From Promethearchaeia archaeon (GTDB lineage: Archaea > Asgardarchaeota > Lokiarchaeia > Sigyniarchaeales > SOKP01): a DNA stretch of 32,000 nucleotides. Position numbers and translations under genes: made by a program. Location: NCBI GenBank assembly GCA_046497275.1, contig JAWOFX010000044.1, forward strand, positions 1 to 32,000, written 5' to 3'. The notes beneath the pieces were generated by a model. It had not been told where the DNA came from and searched no databases. It worked only from the letters and a program-made list of their open reading frames with translations. Below are positions 24,206 to 32,000 of this stretch, one piece after another; position 1 is the stretch's first letter; every line of letters starts with the position of its first letter.

Positions 24206-25114
24206 ATGCTTGAAAAACTTCCTCCGGATAATATTGTAATACGTCCACCAGTAGAAGCATATTCTGTTCTAATTCCCGTCACAGGGGGGTGCTCATGGAA
24301 TAAATGCCGGTTTTGCGGAACCTATAAAGGAGTTTATGGAGTGATACAGGAATATGCCATTCGAGATTTAGAGAATGTAAAAAAAGATATTGATTATTAT
24401 GCTGAAAAAAATTATCATGGATATCCCGTATTTTTAGCAGGGGGTAATCCCACTTCAGCTCCTACAGAATATCTTGTAGAAATATTATCATATGTAAGGA
24501 AAAAGATTCGAAATGTTCCACGTTTAAGCTGTTATGCAAAAGCCTTAGATATTCTAAGAAAATCAGATGATGAATTAAAGCAATTAGCAGATGCAGGGCT
24601 GGATATCGTATATATGGGATTAGAGAGCGGTTCAAGCAAGATTTTACGGATAATGAAAAAAGGAACTAATGCGGAATCAATAATTGAAGCAGGAAAGAGG
24701 GTTATGAAAGCAGGAATTAAATTATCGCTTTATATAATTTTAGGATTAGGGGGTAAGAAATACTCTAAAGACCATGTAGAAGGAACAGCAAGAGTCTTAA
24801 CTGAGGTAAATCCTACTATTTTTCGATTTAGAACATTGAATATTCTCCCAAATACTCCTCTTTGGGATGATTGGAAATCTGGAAAGTTTGAATTATTAAG
24901 TCCCGTTGAGAATCTAAAGGAAGAAAAGCAAATAATTGAGTTATTAGGGGAAAACGTTGACTCCGAAGTCTATAATGACCATGTTTCTAACTATTGTAAT
25001 ATAGAAACCGATAATATAAAAGAGGATAGGGAACGTTTCATAATAACATTAGAAAACATGATTAATGACCCCGCTATAAAAAGTATGCCTAGGATAAATC
25101 GCACAAGAATGTAA
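24206..25114 (+). CDS. Radical SAM protein of unknown function (RPPxE family), paralog B
   Basis: RPPVE, CSWNKCRFC (CX4CX2C), FLAGGN, VYMGLESG, NDHVSNY. Confidence 0.88.
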   Translation: MLEKLPPDNIVIRPPVEAYSVLIPVTGGCSWNKCRFCGTYKGVYGVIQEYAIRDLENVKKDIDYYAEKNYHGYPVFLAGGNPTSAPTEYLVEILSYVRKKIRNVPRLSCYAKALDILRKSDDELKQLADAGLDIVYMGLESGSSKILRIMKKGTNAESIIEAGKRVMKAGIKLSLYIILGLGGKKYSKDHVEGTARVLTEVNPTIFRFRTLNILPNTPLWDDWKSGKFELLSPVENLKEEKQIIELLGENVDSEVYNDHVSNYCNIETDNIKEDRERFIITLENMINDPAIKSMPRINRTRM

Positions 25115-25319
25115 ATTCTTTTCACAATCATTAGGAGAGATTAATAGTAAACTAATTTTTTTTGATCATCAATAAAATTTATTTTAAATGGGTTTACATA
25201 TTATTAAAGATATTTCATTTAATCTCTATTATTCAAAAAACTTAATAGTTAGAAATATCTTAATTATTAACATTCAAATTTCAAATAATTATTAGAATAA
25301 TTAATTTATCTCTTTAAAT

Positions 25320-26780
25320 ATGACAGACTATTTTCGAAAAAAAATACATTATAATGATATTATCGCGACATTTGACGATATTTTAATTTTACCAGGGTAT
25401 ACTCAATCATATGAAGTTGATATTTCCGCTAAATTAGATAAGTATCATTTTAAAATCCCAATTATGACGGCTGCTATGGATACAGTGACAGAAGAGGAAA
25501 TGGCCATAAAGATGGCTCTTCTCGGGGGGCTTGGAGTTCTACACCGAAATTGTTCTTATGAAAAACAATTAGAAATGTGTAAAAATGTAAAACGAGCACG
25601 CTCTTTTATAATCCGTGATGTTGCCACTATTGATGTAAATGCACCGGTTAGAAAAGCAAAACATTTGATGGAAAATACTGGGATTAGTGGACTTGTGGTC
25701 TTAAATAACGAAAATAAGGTTTGTGGGATCTTTACTAAACGAGATATTCCCTATTCAGAAGAGGAAGCACGTAAAGGAAAAGTTAAAGATTATATGACAC
25801 GGGATCTAATTTCTATCGAACCAAATGTTTCAAGACAAGAAGCATTGGATGTACTCTATAAAAATAGAATAGAAAAGCTCCCAATTATTGAAGACGGATA
25901 CTTGAGAGGGTTAATAACCAAAAAAGACTTGAAGCCTGAATTTCCTCATGCATCTATCGATAAGGAGGGTCGATTATTATGTGCATTAGCAATCAGTCCA
26001 AAAATGCCTGAATCTAGTTCGACTCAAAAAAGACTAAAAGAAATTGATCAATTTGTTGATATTTTCTTTATTGATGTTGCTGATTTTTATAAAGAGAAGG
26101 ATATAGAGAGTGTTAAAAAGCTAATGGAATTTTTAGAATCGGAATTTGTACTTGGAAACATAGGCACCTATGAAGCTGCAGAACATCTTCTCTCAAAATG
26201 TGACTTTTTTGAAGATCGTTTTATTGGAATAAAAGTTGGAATGGGCTCGGGCTCAATTTGTTCAACTTCAATTCAAACTGGGGTTGGTGCTCCCACATTA
26301 TTCGCAACTGCGCAAGTGGCTGATGCTATAAAAGATTATAACTCCAATATAGGATTAATTGCTGATGGAGGGTTTAAAAATCCTGGCGATTTACCTAAAG
26401 CATTTTCGGTTGGAGCAGATATGATCATGTCGGGTCATTTTTTTGCTGGCTGTACAGAAAGTCCTGGATATATTGATACAATTCAAGGACGCAAGGTTAA
26501 AGTATATAGGGGAATGGGTTCTAAGGAAGCTAGGACCACTAATTATGTCCTTGATAGATATGTGGAAGGCGCAAAAACTTTGCCAGAAGGCGTATCAGAT
26601 TATGTTCCTTATGTGGGCGAAGTATCTGGAGTTATAGAATCTCTTACTGAAGGACTCTCAAACGGAATGATCTATGCTGGAGCACGGAATATAGACGAAA
26701 TGAAAAACAATAAAATTGGTTTAGTAAGTGCTGTGGGGATGATTGAACAGAAACCACACGATCTGTTAGGAAAATACTAA
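25320..26780 (+). CDS. guaB: IMP dehydrogenase with tandem CBS domains
   Basis: TFDDILILPG, AAMDTVTE, two CBS repeats, catalytic GSGSICST, IADGG, YRGMGS, flap DRY, PEGV. Confidence 0.88.
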   Translation: MTDYFRKKIHYNDIIATFDDILILPGYTQSYEVDISAKLDKYHFKIPIMTAAMDTVTEEEMAIKMALLGGLGVLHRNCSYEKQLEMCKNVKRARSFIIRDVATIDVNAPVRKAKHLMENTGISGLVVLNNENKVCGIFTKRDIPYSEEEARKGKVKDYMTRDLISIEPNVSRQEALDVLYKNRIEKLPIIEDGYLRGLITKKDLKPEFPHASIDKEGRLLCALAISPKMPESSSTQKRLKEIDQFVDIFFIDVADFYKEKDIESVKKLMEFLESEFVLGNIGTYEAAEHLLSKCDFFEDRFIGIKVGMGSGSICSTSIQTGVGAPTLFATAQVADAIKDYNSNIGLIADGGFKNPGDLPKAFSVGADMIMSGHFFAGCTESPGYIDTIQGRKVKVYRGMGSKEARTTNYVLDRYVEGAKTLPEGVSDYVPYVGEVSGVIESLTEGLSNGMIYAGARNIDEMKNNKIGLVSAVGMIEQKPHDLLGKY

Positions 26781-26898
26781 ATTTCAAGAAGATTCTTAAT
26801 TATTTTTAATAAAAAAAAGGATCTAATTCATAAAGATAGTGAAATAAAAAAAGTTATATAATATATTTTTTAAGAAAAAATTAATCCTTTGAGTAGGT

Positions 26899-28584
26899 TT
26901 AGACTTCTTCTCCTCGTCTCTTTGCTTCTATGTCTTTAAGATCTTTTCTTTGTACTTTTCCTACTAGAGTTTCAGGGAGTTCTTTTCTAAATTCGATAAA
27001 TTTTGGAGCTTTATATGGTGCGAGATTTTCCCTAGCAAATCCTTTAATTTCTGCTTTCATCTCATCAGTTTCCCTATATCCACTTTTTAGAACCACATAG
27101 GCTTTAACTAACTCACTTCCAGGAAGCTTCTCGTTTGGAATACCAATTATAGCCACATTTTCAATTGCTTCATGTTCAAATAGCAAATCCTCTACTTCTC
27201 GAGGATAAACTTTAAATCCACTAACATTTACCATGTCTTTTTTCCTATCAACGATATATAAATAACCATCCTCGTCTATTTTGCCTATATCACCTGTTAG
27301 AATCCATCCATCTTTCAATTGATTTGCCGTCTCTTCTGGTTTATTCCAATACCCTTTCATCACTTGTGGGCCTTTTATCATTATCTCTCCTCTTTCCCCG
27401 ATAGGTACAATTTTCGTATAATCTTCGACGTCAACTAATTTTACTTCTGTATCGGGAAACCCTAATCCGACTGAACCTATTTTTCTCTCACCATTTACTG
27501 GATTACTATGAGTTACAGGAGATGTTTCAGTCATTCCGTATCCCTCGAGGATCTTTCCCCCTGTTCTTTCTTCAAATTCCTTCAATACTTCTGGAGGCAT
27601 AGGAGCTGCCCCTGTATTACATACTCTTATTGATTTTAAGTCTTTTGCATAATCCTCAAGATCATCTCTTTCCAACAAACGCATATACATAGTTGGAACT
27701 CCTGGAAATAATGCTGGTTGAGTAGATTTAATTATTTCGAAAAGTGACTTTTGATCTCTCGGATCCGGGTTCAAAGCAATTGTGGATGCATTATATATAG
27801 GAGTATTCATACAAACGGTCATTCCATAGATATGAAACAAGGGTAAATTTGTTAGAGCTGTATCTTTCCCTCTTTCTGTTTCTGCAGCGACCCATGTTGC
27901 TGTTGCCACACAGTTAGATACAATGTTATAATGAGTTAACATAGCACCTTTAGGGAGACCAGTTGTCCCTCCTGTATACTGTAGAATTGCAATATCCTCT
28001 TTTGCATTTGTTTCGAATTTTGGGGGATTAGGTTTTGTATCTCTAATTAGATTCAAGAATTGTTTAGTTCCAGCTATTTCAGGAGGCTTAATGGGAGGAT
28101 TCGGTGAATAATCAAATACATTCGTAATAATGATATGTCGTAATCGTGTTCGTTCCTTGATATTGTTTATCTTTTCTAATTGATTATCCCAAGCTATTAT
28201 AATTTCCGCTCCTGCATCATTTAATTGATATGCAAGTTCATGCTCCGTGTGAAGTACACTACAAGCTGTTACAATTCCTCCAGCTTTCTGAATTCCATAA
28301 AAACTAAAAAGAAACTGAGGAAAGTTTGGCAACATAATAGCAACTCTATCACCTTTCTTCACTCCAAGATTGACTAAAGCTGTCGCTAATCTATCTGCAA
28401 TATCTTTGAAATCTTTGTAGGAAATCTTATTTTTCATAAACCAAATTGCTGTATTTCTTCCAAAATCTTTAGCAGCACTATCAAGAAATTCTTTTATATT
28501 AATTTCAGGATAGTCAATATGATGGGGAACTTCCTTATCATAGTGTTTTAACCACGGTTTTTCGACATATGGATTTTCACTCAT
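26899..28584 (-). CDS. fadD: Long-chain fatty acid-CoA ligase
   Basis: LQYTGGTTGLPKG, GYGMTETSP, TGDIG..DEDGY.YIVDRKKD, SGFKVYPREVE, GKVQRKDL. Confidence 0.9.
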   Translation of the reverse strand: MSENPYVEKPWLKHYDKEVPHHIDYPEINIKEFLDSAAKDFGRNTAIWFMKNKISYKDFKDIADRLATALVNLGVKKGDRVAIMLPNFPQFLFSFYGIQKAGGIVTACSVLHTEHELAYQLNDAGAEIIIAWDNQLEKINNIKERTRLRHIIITNVFDYSPNPPIKPPEIAGTKQFLNLIRDTKPNPPKFETNAKEDIAILQYTGGTTGLPKGAMLTHYNIVSNCVATATWVAAETERGKDTALTNLPLFHIYGMTVCMNTPIYNASTIALNPDPRDQKSLFEIIKSTQPALFPGVPTMYMRLLERDDLEDYAKDLKSIRVCNTGAAPMPPEVLKEFEERTGGKILEGYGMTETSPVTHSNPVNGERKIGSVGLGFPDTEVKLVDVEDYTKIVPIGERGEIMIKGPQVMKGYWNKPEETANQLKDGWILTGDIGKIDEDGYLYIVDRKKDMVNVSGFKVYPREVEDLLFEHEAIENVAIIGIPNEKLPGSELVKAYVVLKSGYRETDEMKAEIKGFARENLAPYKAPKFIEFRKELPETLVGKVQRKDLKDIEAKRRGEEV

Positions 28585-28663
28585 AAATTATAAACCAAAT
28601 TTGTTGTTATTTTTTTTATTTTTTATTAGTTATTTATATTTTAATATTTGCTCTTAATAAAAA

Positions 28664-30001
28664 TCAACCTTCTATATTATCTATAGCATTAATAGCAGAT
28701 TCACATACATAATCACATTCATCATGAACTAAACTTTCTAAGCCAGAAAGTACTTCAGAAGTCTTCACTCCCATTTTACCTAAAGCTTCAGAAGCTCTCC
28801 ATCTTACATCGGGTTCTTTATCATTCAAAGCCTCTAATAAGGAAGGAATAGCACTTTCTGCATTTTTTCCAATATTACCAAGTGAGAGTGCGGCTTCACG
28901 TCTCACAGTACTTTTCGAATCTTTCAACGCTATTTCTAAAGCGTGAACAGCTGCATCGGAATTGAGACCAATTTTACCTAAAGTTCTTGCCGATTCTGCT
29001 CGAATAGTTTTTTTACCATTTTTTAGATAATTTATTACATCTGGTATAGCATTTTCAGCTTTTACTCCCATTCCTCCGATAGAGAATAAAATAATTCTTC
29101 TCATACTCTTATTCGCAGATTCTAGGTTATCAGTTAAAGCAGAAAGAGCCTCTTCTCCAATATTTTTCATTGCATCGGCAGCCTTCCCTCGAACAGCCTC
29201 ATCTTTATCACTTAATAATTTTGATAGGTTTTGAATCACTTTTGGATCTGGAATTTCTAAATCTCCTAATGCTTCTGTTGCGGTTTTTCGAATAACAGAG
29301 TTCTCATGATCCAAAACATTTAAAAGAGAAGGAATAGAAGCTTCTCCAATTTCTACTAAAGTATCTATAACTTTATATCTAACTCTCCAATCATAATCTC
29401 CAAGCGCATTAATCAATGCAGGAATAGCTTTTTCAGTATTTCTTCCGATTTCACTAATTGCCTCAGCAGCAGCAGATCTTACCTCCCAATTTATATCCTT
29501 CAATGCTTCCATCAACTCAGGAATAGCATCATACGCATCTGTTCCAATCTTTCCTAATGAATTAGCAGCTTCAATCCTCACCTCGGGTGATTCATCCTTT
29601 AAGGTTTTTATTAGGTTCACAATAGCTTCATGTTTAGCACTCCCAATTTTACCCAAAGTAACAACGACGGCTTTCCTAATAGAGACTTCTTCATCATTTA
29701 TAAAATTCGTTAATTCAGGAATGGCTTTTTCAGCGACATTACCAATTTTTCCTAAAGTTCTTGCGGATTCACGACAGACACTCCAGTCTTCATCCCTTAA
29801 GCATGAAATTAATTCATCGATCGCACCTTCTGATTTATTTCCTAATTCACCTAAAACTAAAATAGCGTTGAATCGGACAGATCTACTTTCACTATTTAAA
29901 AAATTAATTATATCATTAATAATAGAAGAATCTTTTTCAACTCTTGAAACAATTAAATCTATTCTTGCATTTCTTAGCAATTTTTCTAACGATGCTGACA
30001 T
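28664..30001 (-). CDS. HEAT-repeat (PBS-lyase-like) protein, about 13 repeats
   Basis: About 31-aa period of L.D....VR..AA..LGKIG; SD GGAGG upstream, inside the end of livF. Confidence 0.9.
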   Translation of the reverse strand: MSASLEKLLRNARIDLIVSRVEKDSSIINDIINFLNSESRSVRFNAILVLGELGNKSEGAIDELISCLRDEDWSVCRESARTLGKIGNVAEKAIPELTNFINDEEVSIRKAVVVTLGKIGSAKHEAIVNLIKTLKDESPEVRIEAANSLGKIGTDAYDAIPELMEALKDINWEVRSAAAEAISEIGRNTEKAIPALINALGDYDWRVRYKVIDTLVEIGEASIPSLLNVLDHENSVIRKTATEALGDLEIPDPKVIQNLSKLLSDKDEAVRGKAADAMKNIGEEALSALTDNLESANKSMRRIILFSIGGMGVKAENAIPDVINYLKNGKKTIRAESARTLGKIGLNSDAAVHALEIALKDSKSTVRREAALSLGNIGKNAESAIPSLLEALNDKEPDVRWRASEALGKMGVKTSEVLSGLESLVHDECDYVCESAINAIDNIEG

Positions 30002-30015
30002 TTTTTTAAAACCTC

Positions 30016-30732
30016 CTATATTCCCAAATAAACCTCTTTTATTTTTGGTTCTCTCATCAATTCCTCTTTAGTTCCTCTCATCTCTATTTTTCCTTCTTCA
30101 AGAACATAAATGAGATCCGCAACTTCCATTGCTAAGGTGGCATCTTGTTCAACTAATAGAATAGTTGTGCCTTCTCTTCTGATTTTCTCGATTGCTTCAA
30201 AAATATTTATTTTTACCTTAGGGGCTAATCCTAATGATGGTTCATCCATCAAAAGCAATTTCGGATCGCCCATAAGAGATCTGCCTATAGCAAGCATCTG
30301 TTGTTCTCCTCCACTTAGAGTACCCGCTCTTTGTTTTTGTCTCTCTTCAAGTCTCGGAAAAATTTCATATACAAATGATAATAATTCCTCATATCTGTCT
30401 CGATCCTTCACATTATGAGCACCAACATCTAAGTTTTCTAAAACTGTCATATCATAGAATAACCTTCGTCTTTCTGGACAGTGTATAATCCCTCTGGAGG
30501 AAATTTCATAAGGTTCTAATTCATCAATTCGCTCTTCCATAAAAAAGATTTTTCCTCTGTCTGGCTCTTCCAATTTTGTAATCACTCGTAGAAGTGTAGT
30601 TTTTCCTGCTCCATTAGGCCCTATAACCGCATCGAGTGAACCTTCCTCTATAGTTAAATTGATCTCCTCTAATGCTCTTGCTTTACCATAATAATGATAT
30701 ATTTTACTTATTTCAAGCAAATTCCTCTGCAC
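30016..30732 (-). CDS. livF: Liv-type ABC transporter ATP-binding subunit; start possibly TTG 30720
   Basis: GPNGAGKT, CPERRRLF, LSGGEQQMLAIGR, LLMDEPSLGLAP, LLVEQ. Confidence 0.9.
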   Translation of the reverse strand: MQRNLLEISKIYHYYGKARALEEINLTIEEGSLDAVIGPNGAGKTTLLRVITKLEEPDRGKIFFMEERIDELEPYEISSRGIIHCPERRRLFYDMTVLENLDVGAHNVKDRDRYEELLSFVYEIFPRLEERQKQRAGTLSGGEQQMLAIGRSLMGDPKLLLMDEPSLGLAPKVKINIFEAIEKIRREGTTILLVEQDATLAMEVADLIYVLEEGKIEMRGTKEELMREPKIKEVYLGI

Positions 30733-31465
30733 CTCCTAAATATGCCTCTAAAACAATTTTATTGTTTGCAACTTCTCTTGGGGGTCCATCAGCTATAAAC
30801 TTCCCTTGATGCATCGCAATTACTCTTGGAACTAAATTCATTAATTCGTGTAAAACATGACCTGTTATAAAAATACTAACGCCATCATCATTTAATCTTT
30901 TTATTAGGTTTGTTATTTTCCCTTGTTCTTCATGAGTTAGACCACTAAAAGGTTCATCTAAAAGCAATAATTTCGGATTGGTTGCGACTGCTTTACCTAT
31001 TTGTAGTCTTCTTAGATCGCCATGAGGTAAAATCACGGGAGGTAACCGAGCTTTATCAATCAATCCTACTGATGTAAGGACTGTACTAGCATATTCATTT
31101 ATTCCAATATCTTTTGAAACTCTTTTACCACGAGGTGACAAGCAAGAGACTTTAATGTTATCTAATAAAGTAAGGAATTTAAATGATCTAACTATCTGAA
31201 ACGTTCTAGCAATTCCTATATTAACTATTTTATCGGGTCTTTTACCAGTAATTGTCATTCCATCAAATCTTATTATCCCGCTATTTGGTTTCTCAAATCC
31301 TGAAATTAAATCAAATATAGTTGTTTTTCCTGCTCCATTAGGACCAATTAACCCAACAAATTCACCTCTATTTATTTCAAGACTAAAATCGTTCACAGCG
31401 GTTAACCCACTAAATCTTTTTGTTAAATTTTTTATTTCTAAAATAATACCCATAATAATATACAC
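30713..31465 (-). CDS. livG: Liv-type ABC transporter ATP-binding subunit; start probably ATG 31453
   Basis: GLTAV, GPNGAGKTT, GIARTFQ, LPHGDLRRL, LLLDEP, YLG C-terminus. Confidence 0.9.
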   Translation of the reverse strand: MYIIMGIILEIKNLTKRFSGLTAVNDFSLEINRGEFVGLIGPNGAGKTTIFDLISGFEKPNSGIIRFDGMTITGKRPDKIVNIGIARTFQIVRSFKFLTLLDNIKVSCLSPRGKRVSKDIGINEYASTVLTSVGLIDKARLPPVILPHGDLRRLQIGKAVATNPKLLLLDEPFSGLTHEEQGKITNLIKRLNDDGVSIFITGHVLHELMNLVPRVIAMHQGKFIADGPPREVANNKIVLEAYLGGAEEFA

Positions 31466-31477
31466 CTTTTTCGATTT

Positions 31478-32000
31478 TTATTTTGCCATTAATACATCAT
31501 ATAGATCTTTCAAATGTTCGACTGCTGGTTTTAACATACCTTCTTCAGCAAAGCGAATCACGATTAATAAAATTATTGATAAAATTAGTAGACCAATAGC
31601 AACAGAACCTCCAGCATAAACCAAGGATTCTAACACAAGAATAAAGAAAAATGCTCCCAATGCAGAACCAGTAATCGTAGCAATACCTCCTATAGAGGCA
31701 AATATAACAGGATAGAAGGAGAATTGAACTTGAAAGCTCCCATAATCAGCACTTCTTGTGAACATAGCAAATAACCCACCAGCTATGCTCGCAAATAATG
31801 CACTAATTATAAAGGCAATAATTTTTTTTTTTGAAATGTTTATTCCTGAAGCCCTTGCTCCTTTATCATCATCTCGTATTGCTTTAAGAGTTGTGCCAAA
31901 GTTAGACTTAGTAATAAGAAGCAGAGTGATAAGCGATATGATCATGAATATAAAATGAATATAATATGAAATGACTGGGTTAGTAGATAGTTTTGGTATT
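31478..32000 (-). CDS. livM: Liv-type ABC transporter permease, 3' part; frame continues beyond the window end
   Basis: FGTTLKAIRDD..GA.ASGIN..K.K..AF.ISA.FA..AGGL, IGGIATITGS..GA. The frame stays open from ATG 31945 to position 32000. Confidence 0.88.
   Translation of the reverse strand, partial: IPKLSTNPVISYYIHFIFMIISLITLLLITKSNFGTTLKAIRDDDKGARASGINISKKKIIAFIISALFASIAGGLFAMFTRSADYGSFQVQFSFYPVIFASIGGIATITGSALGAFFFILVLESLVYAGGSVAIGLLILSIILLIVIRFAEEGMLKPAVEHLKDLYDVLMAK

Noticed and set aside
25320-26780. CBS-containing GMP reductase instead of IMPDH
   Set aside because: The flap Arg-Tyr dyad (DRY) and YRGMGS...PEG of IMPDH are present. The divergent cofactor-loop segment (IDVADFY) is noted but insufficient.
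216-31958. The many antisense or overlapping ORFs in the track (e.g. 216-488, 3218-3607, 3917-4221, 4451-4723, 6334-7176, 7736-7963, 9948-10898, 12811-13014, 13929-14261, 14989-15195, 17499-18205, 20315-20497, 22313-22498, 26443-26637, 29721-30418, 31758-31958)
   Set aside because: They overlap genes with clear family motifs and have Ser/Ile/Phe-rich shadow composition. The similarity between 3218-3607 and 6589-6831 just mirrors the ATPase duplication.
1-32000. CRISPR array, tRNA, rRNA, transposase or integrase
   Set aside because: No regularly spaced repeats, cloverleaf, rRNA-like GC-rich block or DDE/tyrosine/serine recombinase motifs seen by eye; a covariance search was not run.

Overview
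AT-rich archaeal chromosomal window, most likely from an Asgard archaeon (Lokiarchaeia-like). This is inferred from a Rab-like GTPase, an Rpn11-like JAMM protein and eukaryote-type SECIS hairpins. Most genes are metabolic or transport genes: partial ADP-forming acetate-CoA ligase beta subunit, MBL hydrolase, two tandem SERCA-type P2A ATPases, single-chain aconitase, iron-sulfur flavoprotein, two paralogous radical SAM enzymes, family III CoA-transferase, metallophosphoesterase, prenyl diphosphate synthase, IMPDH, acyl-CoA ligase, HEAT-repeat protein and a Liv-type ABC transporter. The main result is missed by the ORF track. The two short ORFs at 8484-8708 and 9063-9278 are the C-terminal parts of two tandem, diverged HesB-like genes (8328-8708 and about 8925-9278). 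Each has an in-frame UGA at the same aligned position in a U-x4-C motif. Each is followed by a eukaryote-type SECIS hairpin (AUGA / 8-bp stem / A-rich loop / GA) whose core UGA is also the gene's terminal stop codon. They are very likely selenoproteins. Also notable: a JAMM-TPR gene next to a tandem C2HC zinc-finger gene, a structured non-coding element between the ATPases, and a twice-occurring small-ORF-plus-conserved-3'-element unit. No rRNA, tRNA, CRISPR array or intact transposase was seen.
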